Assembly (NCBI GenBank): GCA_009914755.4
Contig: CP068257.2
Span: forward strand, 2,528,001-2,592,000
Length of the DNA: 64,000 nucleotides
Reading direction: 5' to 3'
Origin: the human T2T-CHM13v2.0 reference genome, Homo sapiens
This document shows, one piece after another, positions 46,262 to 59,925 of this stretch (its first letter is position 1; every line of letters starts with the position of its first letter). A program made the translations under genes and the position numbers. The notes beneath the pieces are model-generated. The model ran no database searches. It was not told the DNA's origin and saw only the letters and a list, made by a program, of their open reading frames with translations.

Positions 46262-46591
46262 CTAAAGCTCCTCCAGCAGAGCCCTGTGTTCTTCCTGGCT
46301 GAGGAGTGGTTCCAGCGGAGCGGGCTCTTCCACGTCCTTCAGCTCCCCCAGTGGAGCCGGATCTAGGAAAGGTTGTGCCTTTTGCTGAAACTCTAGGGTC
46401 GACAGGAGCTCATCTAATAGGCTGGGAGTGAGTGCAGACCAGCGTCTTGGCTCCTGGAGTGGTTGAGAGGCGCCTGAATGGCTTGCATCTGTGCTTGACG
46501 CGGAGGCCTCCGGGGTCACGAGCTTCGGAGGTGGAGGTGCCCAGTCTTTGGTTTCCCACGCAGCCCTGGCGACCTGGGGCTCCAGTCCCAC
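46262..46591 (-). other. Candidate coding segment (109 aa ORF ending …LSQEEHRALLEEL*) inside the CpG-rich block; product unknown
   Basis: The ORF track peptide [33 protein letters not shown]…PLGELKDVEEPAPLEPLLSQEEHRALLEEL has acidic and Leu-rich composition unlike the surrounding GC-artefact ORFs. I do not recognise it. Confidence 0.2.
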
Positions 46592-47471
46592 CGCAGACTC
46601 TGGTGGGACGTGGGTGGCGCAAGCACATCTTGGCCCTGAGACTCAGCTTGAGGGGGCCCAAGCTGTCCCACTGAGCAAGCGCCCAGCAGGCCGCCGTGCT
46701 GTGGGTCCTGGTCCTCCTGGCATTTGTTGGGGTGCGGAGGCCACCGAGGAGTCTGAGGGTGGGACAACCCCACTGCCGGAGGAGCCAGGGCAGCGAACAC
46801 AAAATCCTCGCATGCCGGGGCAGTTTGGGAGATTCCTTCTGCCTGTGCAGCCTGGCTGGGCTGGCACGGCTGGCTGGGGCAGGGCCTGGCTCGGTCAGGG
46901 CCAGGCTGGGCCAGGCCTTGCTGCCTGGCTCACGAAAGCCCCCTGTGGGAGAGCCCCAGGCGCGCAGGCTGTGTGGGGTGTGGGAAGCCCCGTTCCCCAC
47001 GCCTGGGTGTGGGTGAAGTCTAGTGAGGAGGGAGGAGTGTGACATCCCCCGGGGGTGTTAATTAGTAACCACAGCGGCCTCAAAGAGCTCAAATGAAAGG
47101 AAGAAATGCACGTCTCTTAGTTTAAGTCAAGAGCTGGAAATGATTAAGCTTAGTGAAGACGTAAAATTTTCATCACTAGAGAGACGTCAACGCTTGGCTT
47201 CAAAACTTCAAAGGATGGGCTGACTCTCTTTGAGGACCACTGCAATTGGTGACTTTAAGTTACAGCCAATGCTTATTGACCACTCTGAAAATCTCAGGGC
47301 CCTTAAGAATTATTCAAATCTATTCTTTCTGTGGCCTAGAAATGGAACATCACAGTCTGAGTGACAACACATCTGTTAACAGCATGGTTTACTGAATATT
47401 TTAATCCCACTATTGAGACCTACTGCTCAGAAGAAAAAAAAAAAACGATTCCTTTAAAGAGATTGCTGCTT

Positions 47472-47780
47472 GGCCAGGTGCAGTGGCTCACACCTGTAAT
47501 CCCTGCACTTTGGGAGGCCAAGGTGGGTGGATCACGAGGCCAGGAATTTGAGATCAGCCTGGCCAATATGGTGAAACCCTGTCTCTACTAAAAATACAAA
47601 AAAATTAGCCGGGCATGGTGGCAGTACCTGTAATTTCAGCTACTTGGGAGGCTGAGGCAGAAGAATGGCTTGAACCCTGGAGGCAGAGGTTGCAGTGAGC
47701 CGAGATCATGTCACCACCCTACAGCCTGGGCAACAAGAGCAAAACTACGTAAAGGAAAAAAAAGAAAAAAGGAAAAAAGA
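47472..47780 (+). mobile_element. Alu SINE
   Basis: 'ggccaggtgcagtggctcacacctgtaatccctgcactttgggaggccaaggtgggtggatcacgaggccagg…' with a poly-A/G tail. Confidence 0.85.
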
Positions 47781-47989
47781 TTGCTGCTTATTGACAATTC
47801 ACCTAGCTACCCAGAAGCTTAGATGGAGATGTACTTGGAAATTAATGTTATTTTCATGGCTGCTAATACAATATCCATCCTTTAGCCTGTGGATCAAGGA
47901 GTGGTTTTGACTTTCAAGTGTTTTTATTAATTAATAATTGCATTTTGTAAAGGTATAGCTGTCATAGATAGTGATTTCTTTGATGAATC

Positions 47990-48700
47990 TGGATAAAAAA
48001 CTGAATTGAAAACCTTTTGGAAAGATTCACCATTAATCCTTTCATGATATTTTAACCTCCCGTGAATCACAAATGTCCTTAATAACAACCCTTAAATTCC
48101 ATTAAGGACATTTGTGATTGATGGGGGGAGGTTGAAATATCAACATTAACAGGAGTTTGGAAGAAGTTGATTCCAGGCCTCATGGATGACTTTGAGGGCT
48201 TGAGATGTCAGTGGAGGAAGTCCCTACAGATGTGGTAGAAATCGCAATACAACCAGAATTAGAATTAGGGCCTTAAGATGAGATTAAATTGCTCTGAACT
48301 CATGATGAAACTCGAACAAATGGGGAGTTGCTTCTTATGGACGAGCAAAGAAAATATTTTCTTGAGGTGGAATCTACTCCAGGCGGAGATGCTATGAACA
48401 TTGTTGAAATAACAACAAAGGATTTAGAATATTCCATAAACCTAGTTGATAAAGCAGCAGCAGGGTTTGAGAGGGTTTATTCCAATTTTGAAGGAAGTTC
48501 TACTGTGGATAAAATGTTATCAAACAACATCACATGCTACAGGGAAATCTTTTGTGAGAGGAACAAACTTCGTTGTTTTAAGAAATTGACACAGGCATCC
48601 AACCTTCAGCAGCCCCCATTCTGATCAGTCAGCAGCCATCAATATAGAGGCAAGACCCTCACCAGCAAAAAGATTATGACTTGGTAAGGCTCAGATATTC
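47990..48700 (+). mobile_element. Tigger1 (pogo/Tc1-mariner superfamily DNA transposon) internal fragment
   Basis: ORF 48328..48624 [75 protein letters not shown]… matches the Tigger1 transposase C-terminal region as I remember it (…[74 protein letters not shown]…). Confidence 0.7.
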
Positions 48701-48954
48701 ATTAGTATCTTTCAGCAATGAGGAATTTTAAGTTAAAGTATGTACATAGATTTTTAGACTTAATGCGGTTACTAATTAATTAACTAATTGATAATTAATT
48801 ATTAAATACTCATTAGACTACAACATAGTTTAAGCATAACTTTTATAAACACTGGGAGACAAAATGTTTATGTGACTAACTTGATTGTAACATTTGCCTT
48901 ATTGCGGTTGTCTGGAACCAAACCCACACTATCTCTGAGTATGCTTGTAGGTTT

Positions 48955-49434
<480 letters not shown>

Positions 49435-49436
49435 CT

Positions 49437-49577
49437 ATTTTTTTTAATACTTTTTTTTTGCAGAGACGGGGTCTCACTATGTTGCCAAGCTGGTCTTGAA
49501 CTCCGGGGCTGAAAGCAATCCAGCCACTTCAGCTTCCCAAAGTGAAGCCATTACTGGCTTGAGCCACTGCACCCAGC
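49437..49577 (-). mobile_element. Alu fragment (antisense)
   Basis: '…gcagagacggggtctcactatgttgccaagctggtcttgaactccggggc…gagccactgcacccagc'. Confidence 0.7.
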
Positions 49578-49603
49578 TTGTCTGTAGTTTTTAAAACAAA
49601 AAC

Positions 49604-49920
<317 letters not shown>

Positions 49921-51729
49921 TTACAAATATATATATCTATCATTATAGTGTCATACAGAATGGTTTTACTGCCGTGAAGATTCTCTGTGCTCTGTGTATC
50001 CATCTCTTCCTTCTCCTTGGTCCATGGCAGCCACTGATCTTTCTACTGTTCTCATGGTTTCACCATTTCCAGAATGTCATATAATTGGAATCGAACAGTA
50101 CATAGACTTTTCGGATTGGCTTCTTCTGTTAGTAATATGCTTTTAAGTTTCCTCCATGTATTTTTTTCTGGCTTGATAGATCATCTCTTGCTAGCAGTGA
50201 ATAATATCCCATTCACATTATACTTTTTTCAAGACTCACAATGTACAGAGTGAAGAGTAAACGTGAATGTGCACTGTAAGCTTTGAGTGATAATGAAGGG
50301 TCAAGGTAGGTTTCTGGTTGTCACAGGTGTGCTCCTGTGAGGCAGGAAGCTGTAGTGGGGAGGCTGTGTGCGGGGAAAGGGACATATGGGAAGCCTGTCC
50401 TCTCTGCTCCGTTTAGTTGTGAACCTGCACTTCTCTAAAAAATAAAATTAGTTAAAATTGAAAGCCAAAAATTAGAGAAATTAAAACATTACAATGTGTC
50501 ATATAGTTTTCAAATCACAAGATAGAAAAAAACATAATAACAGAAACTATAGAAAACAAGGATAGAAATAAAACGTCAGTGATACAAGGCAGAAGACAGA
50601 AACGTGCAGCCAAACATATTATTTTAATGATTATTTATATTCATTTATACTAATTTATATTGATGTAACATATTAATTTTGACTAAATGGCATTAAAGGA
50701 GGTTTGAGTAATTTGTGAGTCACATTCTGGATGAGATGACTCAATAATATTAACTCTTTACTTTGCTGTAAATCATTTAAAAATATGCTCAAATTCCAAT
50801 AAAAATTCCAAGAAAAATGTTTTTGAACAAGAAAATGTGATTTTAAATTCGTCTGTTGAGCACACACATGAGAGCCAATATTATAAAATTTACTATAAGA
50901 TATTAAAATTATTACTATTCAAAGTAAACAAATTTGAAATGGCACAAAAATAAACACATTAATGAAAGAGAACTAAAAGCACAGAAATTGAGTGTAATTT
51001 TATCTAGTAACAGGGTAACGTTTTAAATTCACAAAACAAGAGCGATTGTTCCATTTATGGTATTAAAATACTGGGTAATGATTTGAGAATATAAAATGAT
51101 AGAATTGAATCATGGTCCCACACCTTGCATAAAAGTTAATTCCAGTATTAAATGTTAAAAAAGAGAGAGAGAAAAAAAAAAATTAGATGTATGTGTGTTT
51201 TACGTCCTTGAGAATGAATGTCTTCTAAAATCAAAATTTCAAACAGAAACCTTATAAAAAGGAATAAACCTAACGTACCTAAAATGTAAATTCTTACACA
51301 TTTCAACACCAGGTAAATAGCACAAAACAAACTGGGAAAATTTTTACAACAATTATGTTACATGAAAATTAAAATCCTTATGACATGTACAATGTATAAA
51401 ACAGTATGATTACTGCTATTATTAATAGTATTATGATTACCTGGTCTTCCCACACACCAGTCCTCTTCTGGTGCCCTGTGGTGAAACAGAGCCCTCCCTC
51501 TCTGGCCACAGTGAGGGATCCAGCAGGAACCCTGCCTAAACCCACAGAGGGTGTGAGCCAAGCCAGGACATCACATACCCTCCTGCGAAATGACGCAGAC
51601 ACCCACTCAAGACAGAAATGTGGTCCCTCTCTGGGAAAGTCGCATAACAATTATTGCAGAAACTTTTTTCTTTTGTTCCCAGACACATGGAGAAAGCTGG
51701 TCTGGAAGACTGATGTCCACATGCTCAGA

Positions 51730-52985
51730 GAAGCAGTCATTCATAGCACACACACTGCACACACCACACCGCACACACCACACCATGTGCACACGCACAC
51801 ACACCCCACACACAGACACCACACAAACAGCAGACACACCATGTGCACACGCACACACACCCCACAGACACCACACACTGCACACACACCATGTGCACAT
51901 GCACACACACCCCACAGAAACCAAACAGCACACACACCATGTGCACATGCACACACACCCCCCACACCCACTGCACACACCCCACACACACCACACCCAC
52001 TGCACACACAGCATGTGCACATGCACACACCCCATACAGACACCACACACTGCATACACCACACCATGTGCACACACACACCAGACACCACACACACTAC
52101 ACACACACACCATGTGCACATGTACACACCCCAGAAACCACACACACTGCACACACTACACTATGTGCACATGCACACACACCCCACACACAAACAGCAC
52201 ACACACCATGTACACATACACGCACACAACTCCCCCACACTGCACACACACCACACCCACTGAACACGCCACACCATGTGCACACGCACACACACCCCAC
52301 ACAGACACCACACACACTGCAAACACCACACCATTACACAAGCGCACACCCCCCAAACACACCACACAGAGACACCACATACACTGCACACACACAGCAT
52401 GTGCACACGTGCAGACCCCACACACCACACACACTGCACACACACCACACACACGAACCTACTACACACACACCACACACATACAGCACCACACACCAAC
52501 CACACACACATCACACAACCCACACATACTCCCCAAACACTGCACACGTATATATAGCACCACACACAGAGCACACACATCACATACATACGCCACACAC
52601 ACTGTGCACACACACACCACACACGCCACACACATACTCCACACACACATTCTACGCACACATCAAACACTACACACACTGCACACACAGCACCATACAC
52701 ACAAAAAACACACACATCACATACACCACACACACTGCACACACACATATCACAAGCACACCATACCACACATAGTACACATACACACCACACACATACA
52801 CCACAAACACAGCACATACACACACCATACACAACCCACAGTATTCACACGACACCTCCAGTACACACCACACACACATATACGTACCCCATGCACTTAC
52901 TACACACACAGACCACACACACACACACCATACATATACATCACACACATACATCTGCGCACACCTCACAGAGTACATACAATCC
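51730..52985. repeat. CA-rich minisatellite of about 52-bp units (…accatgtgcacatgcacacacaccccacagacaccacacactgcacac…) that decays into an irregular (CA)n-like tract
   Basis: The anchor 'accatgtgcaca' recurs at about 51785, 51838, 51888, 51938, 52063, 52113, 52205 and 52275. It produces His/Thr/Cys-rich pseudo-ORFs of up to 470 aa on both strands. Confidence 0.75.
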
Positions 52986-54570
52986 TCACTTTTAGAACTT
53001 AATTCAGCTTTTAAGGAACCTGGATAGTATAGTATTTTATTGGCGTTTGAATGAGCTAAGAAAATGCATATAAATACACACGCATAACTATGATTGCAGA
53101 AGAAGCACTTTCGAAATCACAACATTAGATTAAACCGTGTAAGTTTTTTATTGTTTTTGAAAAATCAAGTCTTTATCATTTTACTAGGAACTATTTACAG
53201 AATAAACTAATGAGATTCTTCCTGAGGTAAAAATACTTTTTGGAAAAACTTCTCCTTGATGAAATTTCACTTAAAACATCACTTCCATCGTGAAGTATTT
53301 CTTTAAGATATTTTTGGTCCCTTCCTTTTATGTGGAATCGTCAATTCAAATTTTAAAGGAGACTTTGAGATGTTTTTCATCTATTATTTTAAAAATGTTG
53401 AAGGGGTTTTTAATTCTGCCTTCAACAGAGATGGACACACCTCTGATTATGATGTAAAACTGAATAAGTTACTCTGACAGGCTTTCTTTTATGCAGCGCA
53501 GCTACCATCATTATTAATAAGGATTGAGTTCTTTTACTCCATGCACAATCTGTATTCCCTGCTTTACAAAGAATAGAAATCTAATTCTCACTATGAAGGC
53601 AGATAAAAGTAATCACTTCAACCTACAGATGACTGAATCATTTACCAACGCACTCAGACTTTAAATAGCATTTATCCAATGTGTCTACATTTCTACACAC
53701 ATTCATATGAAGAACATGTAGTTTAAATCATTGCACAATTTATGCTTTTAATGAGTTGTGATGGTCATTAATATTTTTATTACATTTCCCCAAAGGTGGG
53801 CTACTTACTGTTATTATTTTCAGTTAGAAATATAGATGTATTTTCTATTTTTGATGACTTTAAACATAATCCTTGGAATATAATATCTGTGTGTAATATC
53901 TGTGGAAATCATGAAAATAATATTCAAATAGTATGCATTTTTTCCAGAATGAAAATTTCCTCTACAATAACATTCATCTTTTTTTTCCTGATGGGCATAT
54001 AAAAGTCAACATTTGTAACATTGCTGGACATTATTTACATTAAACATGCATCAGCTTCAGGTGTTGCAGAAACTGGGCAAGAGGCCACAAGGTACACAAT
54101 ACACACACACGCACAAAACTTGTATTATTATACTTACCTAAGTGTCTAAAGAGGTGGATAAATATATTAGATTACTCTAGAGCAATGATTTTTGTGGGGC
54201 CTATTGGAAAATATGACTGTAGTTTGAGTGAGATTCCTCTAAGAGATTCAACTTGGCCACTATTTATTGAGTATTCAATTTTAAAAATACTAACAAAGGC
54301 TTATGGGATGAAAATTTCCATCTAGATCTATGGGAAATGTGTTACTAGATGCTGTAGTAAAAAGACTAGTGTGGTAATTGTAAAATATATCTAACATCTA
54401 AACCTTTGTTTGTTTGTTTTTTACCTGAAATCCTTATGGGGGTGATTGTGTATATCAATTTGAATCTTCCCATCAACAAGATACATAAATAAATAGCCAG
54501 CCTACCTCTATAAGTTAATAATTTAGTTCACCTGCTCTATATTTTGAGGGCAGTTCTTCTCTTCCTTTGA

Positions 54571-54876
54571 CATGCACAAGATTCACCAGGGGATCTTATT
54601 AAAATGCAAACTCATAGACCACGCTTTGACTAGCTAAGATAAGGGGTCAGAGCATCGAAATGAGTGTGTAGGTGACTGTGCTAAGATCCTCCTGCTCATT
54701 TGGGCACTGGCTCATCATACAAACAAAGCTTAGGACCTCTAGTCCTTGCTGGAAAAGAAACACACATACATAGGATGTGACTGTGCATATGGAATATCTG
54801 TTGTGTTCTGGACATTGTGCTAGACAACAGAGATAAGAAGTCAAATAATCTCTTCTCTTTATCTGAAAGGAGCTTC
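54571..54876 (+). repeat. Left arm of an about 300-bp inverted repeat
   Basis: The reverse complement of 56125-56423 aligns at about 85-88% (e.g. 'gggcactggctcatcatacaaacaaagcttaggacctctagtccttgctggaaaagaaacacacatacataggatgtgactgtgcatatggaa' against reverse-complement-right 'gggcactggctcaccatattaacaaaacttaggacttccagtccctgctggaaaagaaatacagacacataggatgtgactgtgcatatggaa'). Confidence 0.75.
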
Positions 54877-55124
54877 ATACACAGTGGCTTCTGGATGTCT
54901 CTGAAACCGGGTTCACTTTCAGATTTGATTATTATATTTATGATTTGACATTGGCATTGAACCCCATGAGGTGATAAATTTTTCCAGAACCTGCCAGAAC
55001 AACTGGCTTTGCTCTCAGCATCAGGAAGCCACTGGCACATAAATAATTCATTTATGTTTGTATTTCACCAGACAGGAACAACTTGAGCTACTTTTCTAGC
55101 CACATTCGTTTATAGCTGTTTTTG

Positions 55125-55420
55125 TTTTTTGTTTGTTTGTTTGTTTTTTTAAGACAGGGTCTCACTCTATCACCTAGGCTGGAATGCAGTGGTGTGATCA
55201 GAGCTCACTGCAGCCTCACCTTCCAGGCTCAAGCAATCCTCTCACCTCAGCCTCCTGAGAAGCTGGAACCACAGGCTTATACCACCATACCCAGCTAATT
55301 CAATTTTTTTTTTTTTTTTAGAGACAGGGTTTTTCCATGTTTCCTAAACTTGTCTCCCACTCCTGAGCTCGAGCAATCTGCCTGCCCCAACCTCCTAAAG
55401 TGTAGAGCTGTGTTTTTAGT
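55125..55420 (-). mobile_element. Alu SINE (antisense) inside the inverted-repeat spacer
   Basis: '…gacagggtctcactctatcacctaggctggaatgcagtggtgtgatcagagctcactgcagcctc…', a poly-T linker, then '…gagacagggtttttccatgtttcc…'. Confidence 0.75.
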
Positions 55421-56124
55421 CTTTTTTTGAGCTGTTTTACAATCCAGTGTTGAATTGATAAGTTTGGATTCACTCTGATATTTGCAGATTTAACATCCTA
55501 CTTCACAAGATGTTCATAGCCTTGAACCATTACAGCCGCTGCCTCATCCATCTCTGCTCATATCCTTGATCCAATACAACAGCCACCTCTTCCATCTATG
55601 CTCATAGCCTAAACTAATAGAAGCCAGAGGGAAGAAATGGAAGCCAACGTGAGTCCAGAACACACGTTTTATAAGAGCATAAGAAATTTAAAAATAGCAA
55701 AGTATAAAATGAAGTTTGTAATAGATGTGCATGGCTAAAATTTATTCTTATATTAACCAATATATTCTATAAATTGGGAGAAAATATTAAACACATGAAA
55801 AGTAAGGAACTTTCATCATTAATATATAATTAATATGACAAGAATGTGGTTTATGTTTTTATCTTTACAAGATTAAGGAAAATTTGGTGGAAGGAAGAAG
55901 AATGTATAATCATGGGGAGCGTGTATGATACTGGAGGGAGCCTTTTGACAACGGGGAAATGGCATCATGAGATATACTATGGTCATAGCTATGTAGGAAC
56001 ACAACTACCTGTGGTCTCCCCTGTCAAATCCACTGGGCAGTGTTCAATTACCAACATTGAGGTAGAGCTCACTCTCCCAGGTCAGAAGAGAAAATATATA
56101 CTGCAGTCAGAATCCACTGAGTAG

Positions 56125-56423
56125 GAAGCTCCTTTCAGATAGAGGCAAGGGATATTTGACTTTTTATCTCTAGTGTCTAGTACAATGTCCAGAACACAAC
56201 AGACTTTCCATATGCACAGTCACATCCTATGTGTCTGTATTTCTTTTCCAGCAGGGACTGGAAGTCCTAAGTTTTGTTAATATGGTGAGCCAGTGCCCAC
56301 ATGAACAGTAGCATCTTAGCACTGTCACCAGGACATCAATTTAAATGCTCTTATCTTAGTTAGTCAAAGTGTGGTCTGTGAGTTTGCATTTTAATAAGAT
56401 CCCCGGGTGAATCTTGTGCATGT
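56125..56423 (-). repeat. Right arm of the inverted repeat; its last 17 nt begin the downstream tandem array
   Basis: See the left arm. 'ggtgaatcttgtgcatg' (56407-56423) is the reverse complement of 'catgcacaagattcacc' (54571-54587). Confidence 0.75.
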
Positions 56424-56722
56424 TACAGAGGAAGCACTGTCCTACATCACATGTGACAGGCTCTCATAGTCACCATCATCACGGGAATCTTGTGCATGTT
56501 ACAGAGAAGTGCTGTCCTACGTCATATGTAACAGGCTCTCATAGTCACCATCATCACAGGAATCTTGCGCCTGTTACAGGGAAGCACTGTCCTACATCGT
56601 ATGTGACAGGCTCTCATAGTCACCATCATCAAGGGAATCTTGCACACGTTACAGAGAAGCAGTGTCCTACATCGTATGTGACAGGCTCTCATAGAAACCA
56701 CCACCCTGGGAATCTGCATTTA
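56406..56722 (+). repeat. 75-bp tandem repeat, about 4.2 copies
   Basis: Unit 'gggaatcttgtgcatgttacagagaagcactgtcctacatcatatgtgacaggctctcatagtcaccatcatcac', repeated at 56406, 56480, 56555 and 56630 with a few substitutions each. It yields a His-rich pseudo-ORF. Confidence 0.85.
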
Positions 56723-59567
56723 GAGCATTTAATTATATGGGCTCTGAAATCAGATGACTTAGGTTTAGACTTCCTTCTACTTCTTACTAAGCAGAGAACT
56801 CTGGGGTGAAAACTTTACGACGCTGTTTTATCACGTCCAAATTGGAGGCACGGGGAGATTATAACATTGTGCATAGAATATTGTTTTACATATAAAATAA
56901 AATAGTACATAGGAAGCTTCTGCCATGCACTAATTGCACAATAAATATTAGTTAACAGTAACTCATTTAGTCCTAAGAAGAGGTCTATAAATTTTTACAC
57001 TATAATTTTTTGTGACTACCCAAGTTTCTATAATTAATGTAGATTTAAAATCAAGGAATGTTTTTACGTGTAGTTGGCAACCAATATGACATGCCAAAAT
57101 TATATGTAAGTATTTTATTTTTCGTGGGGATATAAGAAATTTGCCATCAAAAGAGGGAAAATAATCTATGTTTGCAGACTCCAGAAAGCTGTCACTCACC
57201 TGAGTTTGCAATTTCTGTCTGGGGGAAAAGAAGAGAAAGTTGACTGTGAAAATAAGCATTACCATAGAGTCTTCTCTATGACAACATCAAAAATGAAAGC
57301 TGAGTCTCGTCTTCCTAACAATCTGCAAAGACAAGTGAAACACAACCTACTGAGCATCAAGTTAAAGAAGGAGTGAATTTGAGTGGCACAGGAGGAAATC
57401 ATGTCTTTGCCACTAGGGAAATAAATATGACCCCTGTTCCTCTGCCCTCCTCCGAGGCTAAAGATGGGTTAAATATCAGTGCCTGACCTCAGATAATGGA
57501 ATGAGCAAAAAAGCTATAAAATGCATGCACTACATAATTAAGAGGGTGGGAAGGGATTTTTTAAAAAAGGCAATTCCTAGTTGGGTTCCTTCCTGTTCAC
57601 GTCATTGGTGAAGAAATTAGTCTTGCCCTAGAATTCTAGGGATGGCTGCAGACACAACAAACACTGAGTAGACGAAATTCACCGTAACTTATTCATCGCG
57701 CATACTCAGCCCAACAGGGGATGACACTGCATCTGTGCAGGTCTACCCGGGGGTTCACTCTGGAGCACAGGGTGCGGGAGGCAGGCTTGGTAGAAATCAG
57801 AGGGTGGGGTAACCCCTTGTCCCTTGAGGGATGTGCTTGACTAATTCAAAGAGTTTAGCAGTCTGTTGGGGGCATGAAAGCCATTAGGCTGAGGACCTGG
57901 TGGGATGCAGCATGAAATTTTAGGTGTCACAGTACAATTGACCCTGATGCTTTAACATCAGACATTTATTTTAATGATGACTAATATTTTGAGAGGCTGA
58001 GAGAAGGCTGTTGAGACATTGTAATAAATGCTTAGGGGCATGAGACATTAGGAAGGCCACAATTATGAGTAATGAAATGTGGAGGCTGATGAGAAGCTAC
58101 TGCTCCCATTTGTTTAGCAGGAGGCAGGAAAAGTGATCTGGGGTCTCTGGCAGCACAAGCGTGTGGTAAATATTTGGGTGACGTCATGCATCCCCCATGC
58201 ATGGGTTTTCATGTCTCCAGTGAGCTGTTGGGCAAGTCTGATATTACTGATCCACACGCAGCAGGCAGCTTCCTGTATGGAGCTACCTCCACCCCTTGGA
58301 CAGTTCAGGACTGAAAGATTGTCAAAAATGTGAACTCCTTGATGTCCAGTAAAGGCAACTGAGGGAACTGTCTAGCATTGGTGTAAAAAGTGCACTTTCC
58401 TAAGGAGCATGAACTTAGAGTTATCAAAGCCTGTGGCAATAGTGGAATCCAGCAGGGCATCCACTCGCTGCTTTGTACCTTAAATAGGAATTCTTTGAGG
58501 AGCTCAGTGTATCTCTCAACTGAAGCAGCTTCCTGCAGCCTACAGGAGCAGTGGAAGCTCTGCTGGACACCTTCTTCACAAGCCCAGCACTGTGTTTTCT
58601 GATGAAATGTTGCTTTGGTGACCATCAGTAGTGTCTGGAACTCTGCAAGGGATAAGGAGTGTCCCTGTGAGATCTGTACCGTGTCCTTAGTTAAAATAAA
58701 GGCATCTGTTACCTTGATTGGTATTCTGAGTATCCATGAGACAAGAAGTGTATTTAATTCAATGGGGAGGGAAGCTGGACAATTCTTGGCAATTGTCAAA
58801 AAGTTTGTAAAAAGGTACAAGTGGGGTTAATTGTTGGCCCAGCATCAGTGCTATGATGACCACCTCAAGTTTGGCCAGTTGTGCTGAGGCTTGTGTGTCA
58901 TCCTTTATCAGGGACATCCTAGCTAAGGGAGGGAAAGCAGCAGAATCCCACTGAGCTCCATCACATCTGATCATGGCATCCATTCAGAAGGCTGACAAAC
59001 TTCACTGCTGGTCACTCAGTCGATCCCAAGGGCCTCGCAGAGGGGTGACATCTGGCACCACAGTCTGAGGATGAAGGAGGCCAGTGTCAGCACTGTAGCC
59101 TAAGGATGAAGGAGGCCAGTGCTTCCTGCAGATGAGAATTGCATCGTGTAAAGATTTGACTCCATTCGGAGGCAAGGAGGTCACTGCAGCTGTGCCAAAG
59201 CTGTGGGGTGCTGCTTCCCAAGGCCTGATGGCCAGATGGGCATGAAGGCTCATGGACATGGATGCAGAGCCCTCTGTTTCAAGGGTCCAGTATGTGGCCA
59301 GCAATCACTGCCCTGATGCTGTACAGCACAGGGTCAAAAGAGGCAGGTTTGTTTTTTACATCAGAAGCCCATGGATGACTAATGGCCACCACATGCAAAC
59401 CAGATACTTCGGAGGCATGGGAAGAGGTTGCTAAAGCATCTACAGTGTGTTCTCTGATGGAATTCATAGGAGCGCCTGTTAATTTAAATTCGGATGGATT
59501 CCAGACTTGTTGGAGGAGGCTTCATTCAAGGTGGGTCAGCTTTCAAGTGACAGCATCAGCGAGATTA

Positions 59568-59925
<358 letters not shown>

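Larger units (their letters stand above)
45280..47060. promoter_or_regulatory. GC-rich CpG-island-like block (candidate promoter or first/last exon of an unannotated transcript)
   Basis: High G+C with dense CpG (e.g. 45400-45500, 45760-46130). It holds long open frames on both strands that I read as a GC-composition artefact. Confidence 0.4.

Noticed and set aside
46410-47045. A 211-aa minus ORF and several overlapping 100-180-aa ORFs on both strands.
   Set aside because: The region is about 65-70% G+C, where stop codons are rare. There are overlapping open frames on both strands and Arg/Pro/Gly/Ala-rich composition. That is a GC artefact and not coding signal. Only the separate 109-aa acidic ORF at 46262-46591 was kept as a low-confidence candidate.
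48040-48125. An 18-bp perfect palindrome arm pair ('atcacaaatgtccttaat' … 'attaaggacatttgtgat') that could be a transposon terminal inverted repeat or a regulatory hairpin.
   Set aside because: It lies inside the Tigger1-derived fragment and is most simply a small local inverted duplication. There is no flanking TSD or second terminus.
51406-53002. Long His/Thr-rich (HTHTPHT…) and Cys/Val-rich ORFs of up to 470 aa.
   Set aside because: They are translations of a CA-rich minisatellite. All frames on both strands are open, which is a compositional artefact.
56414-56809. A 131-aa His-rich ORF (…GSHSHHHHGNL…) and an overlapping minus ORF.
   Set aside because: It is a translation of a 75-bp tandem repeat (4 copies). 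The periodic peptide is an artefact.
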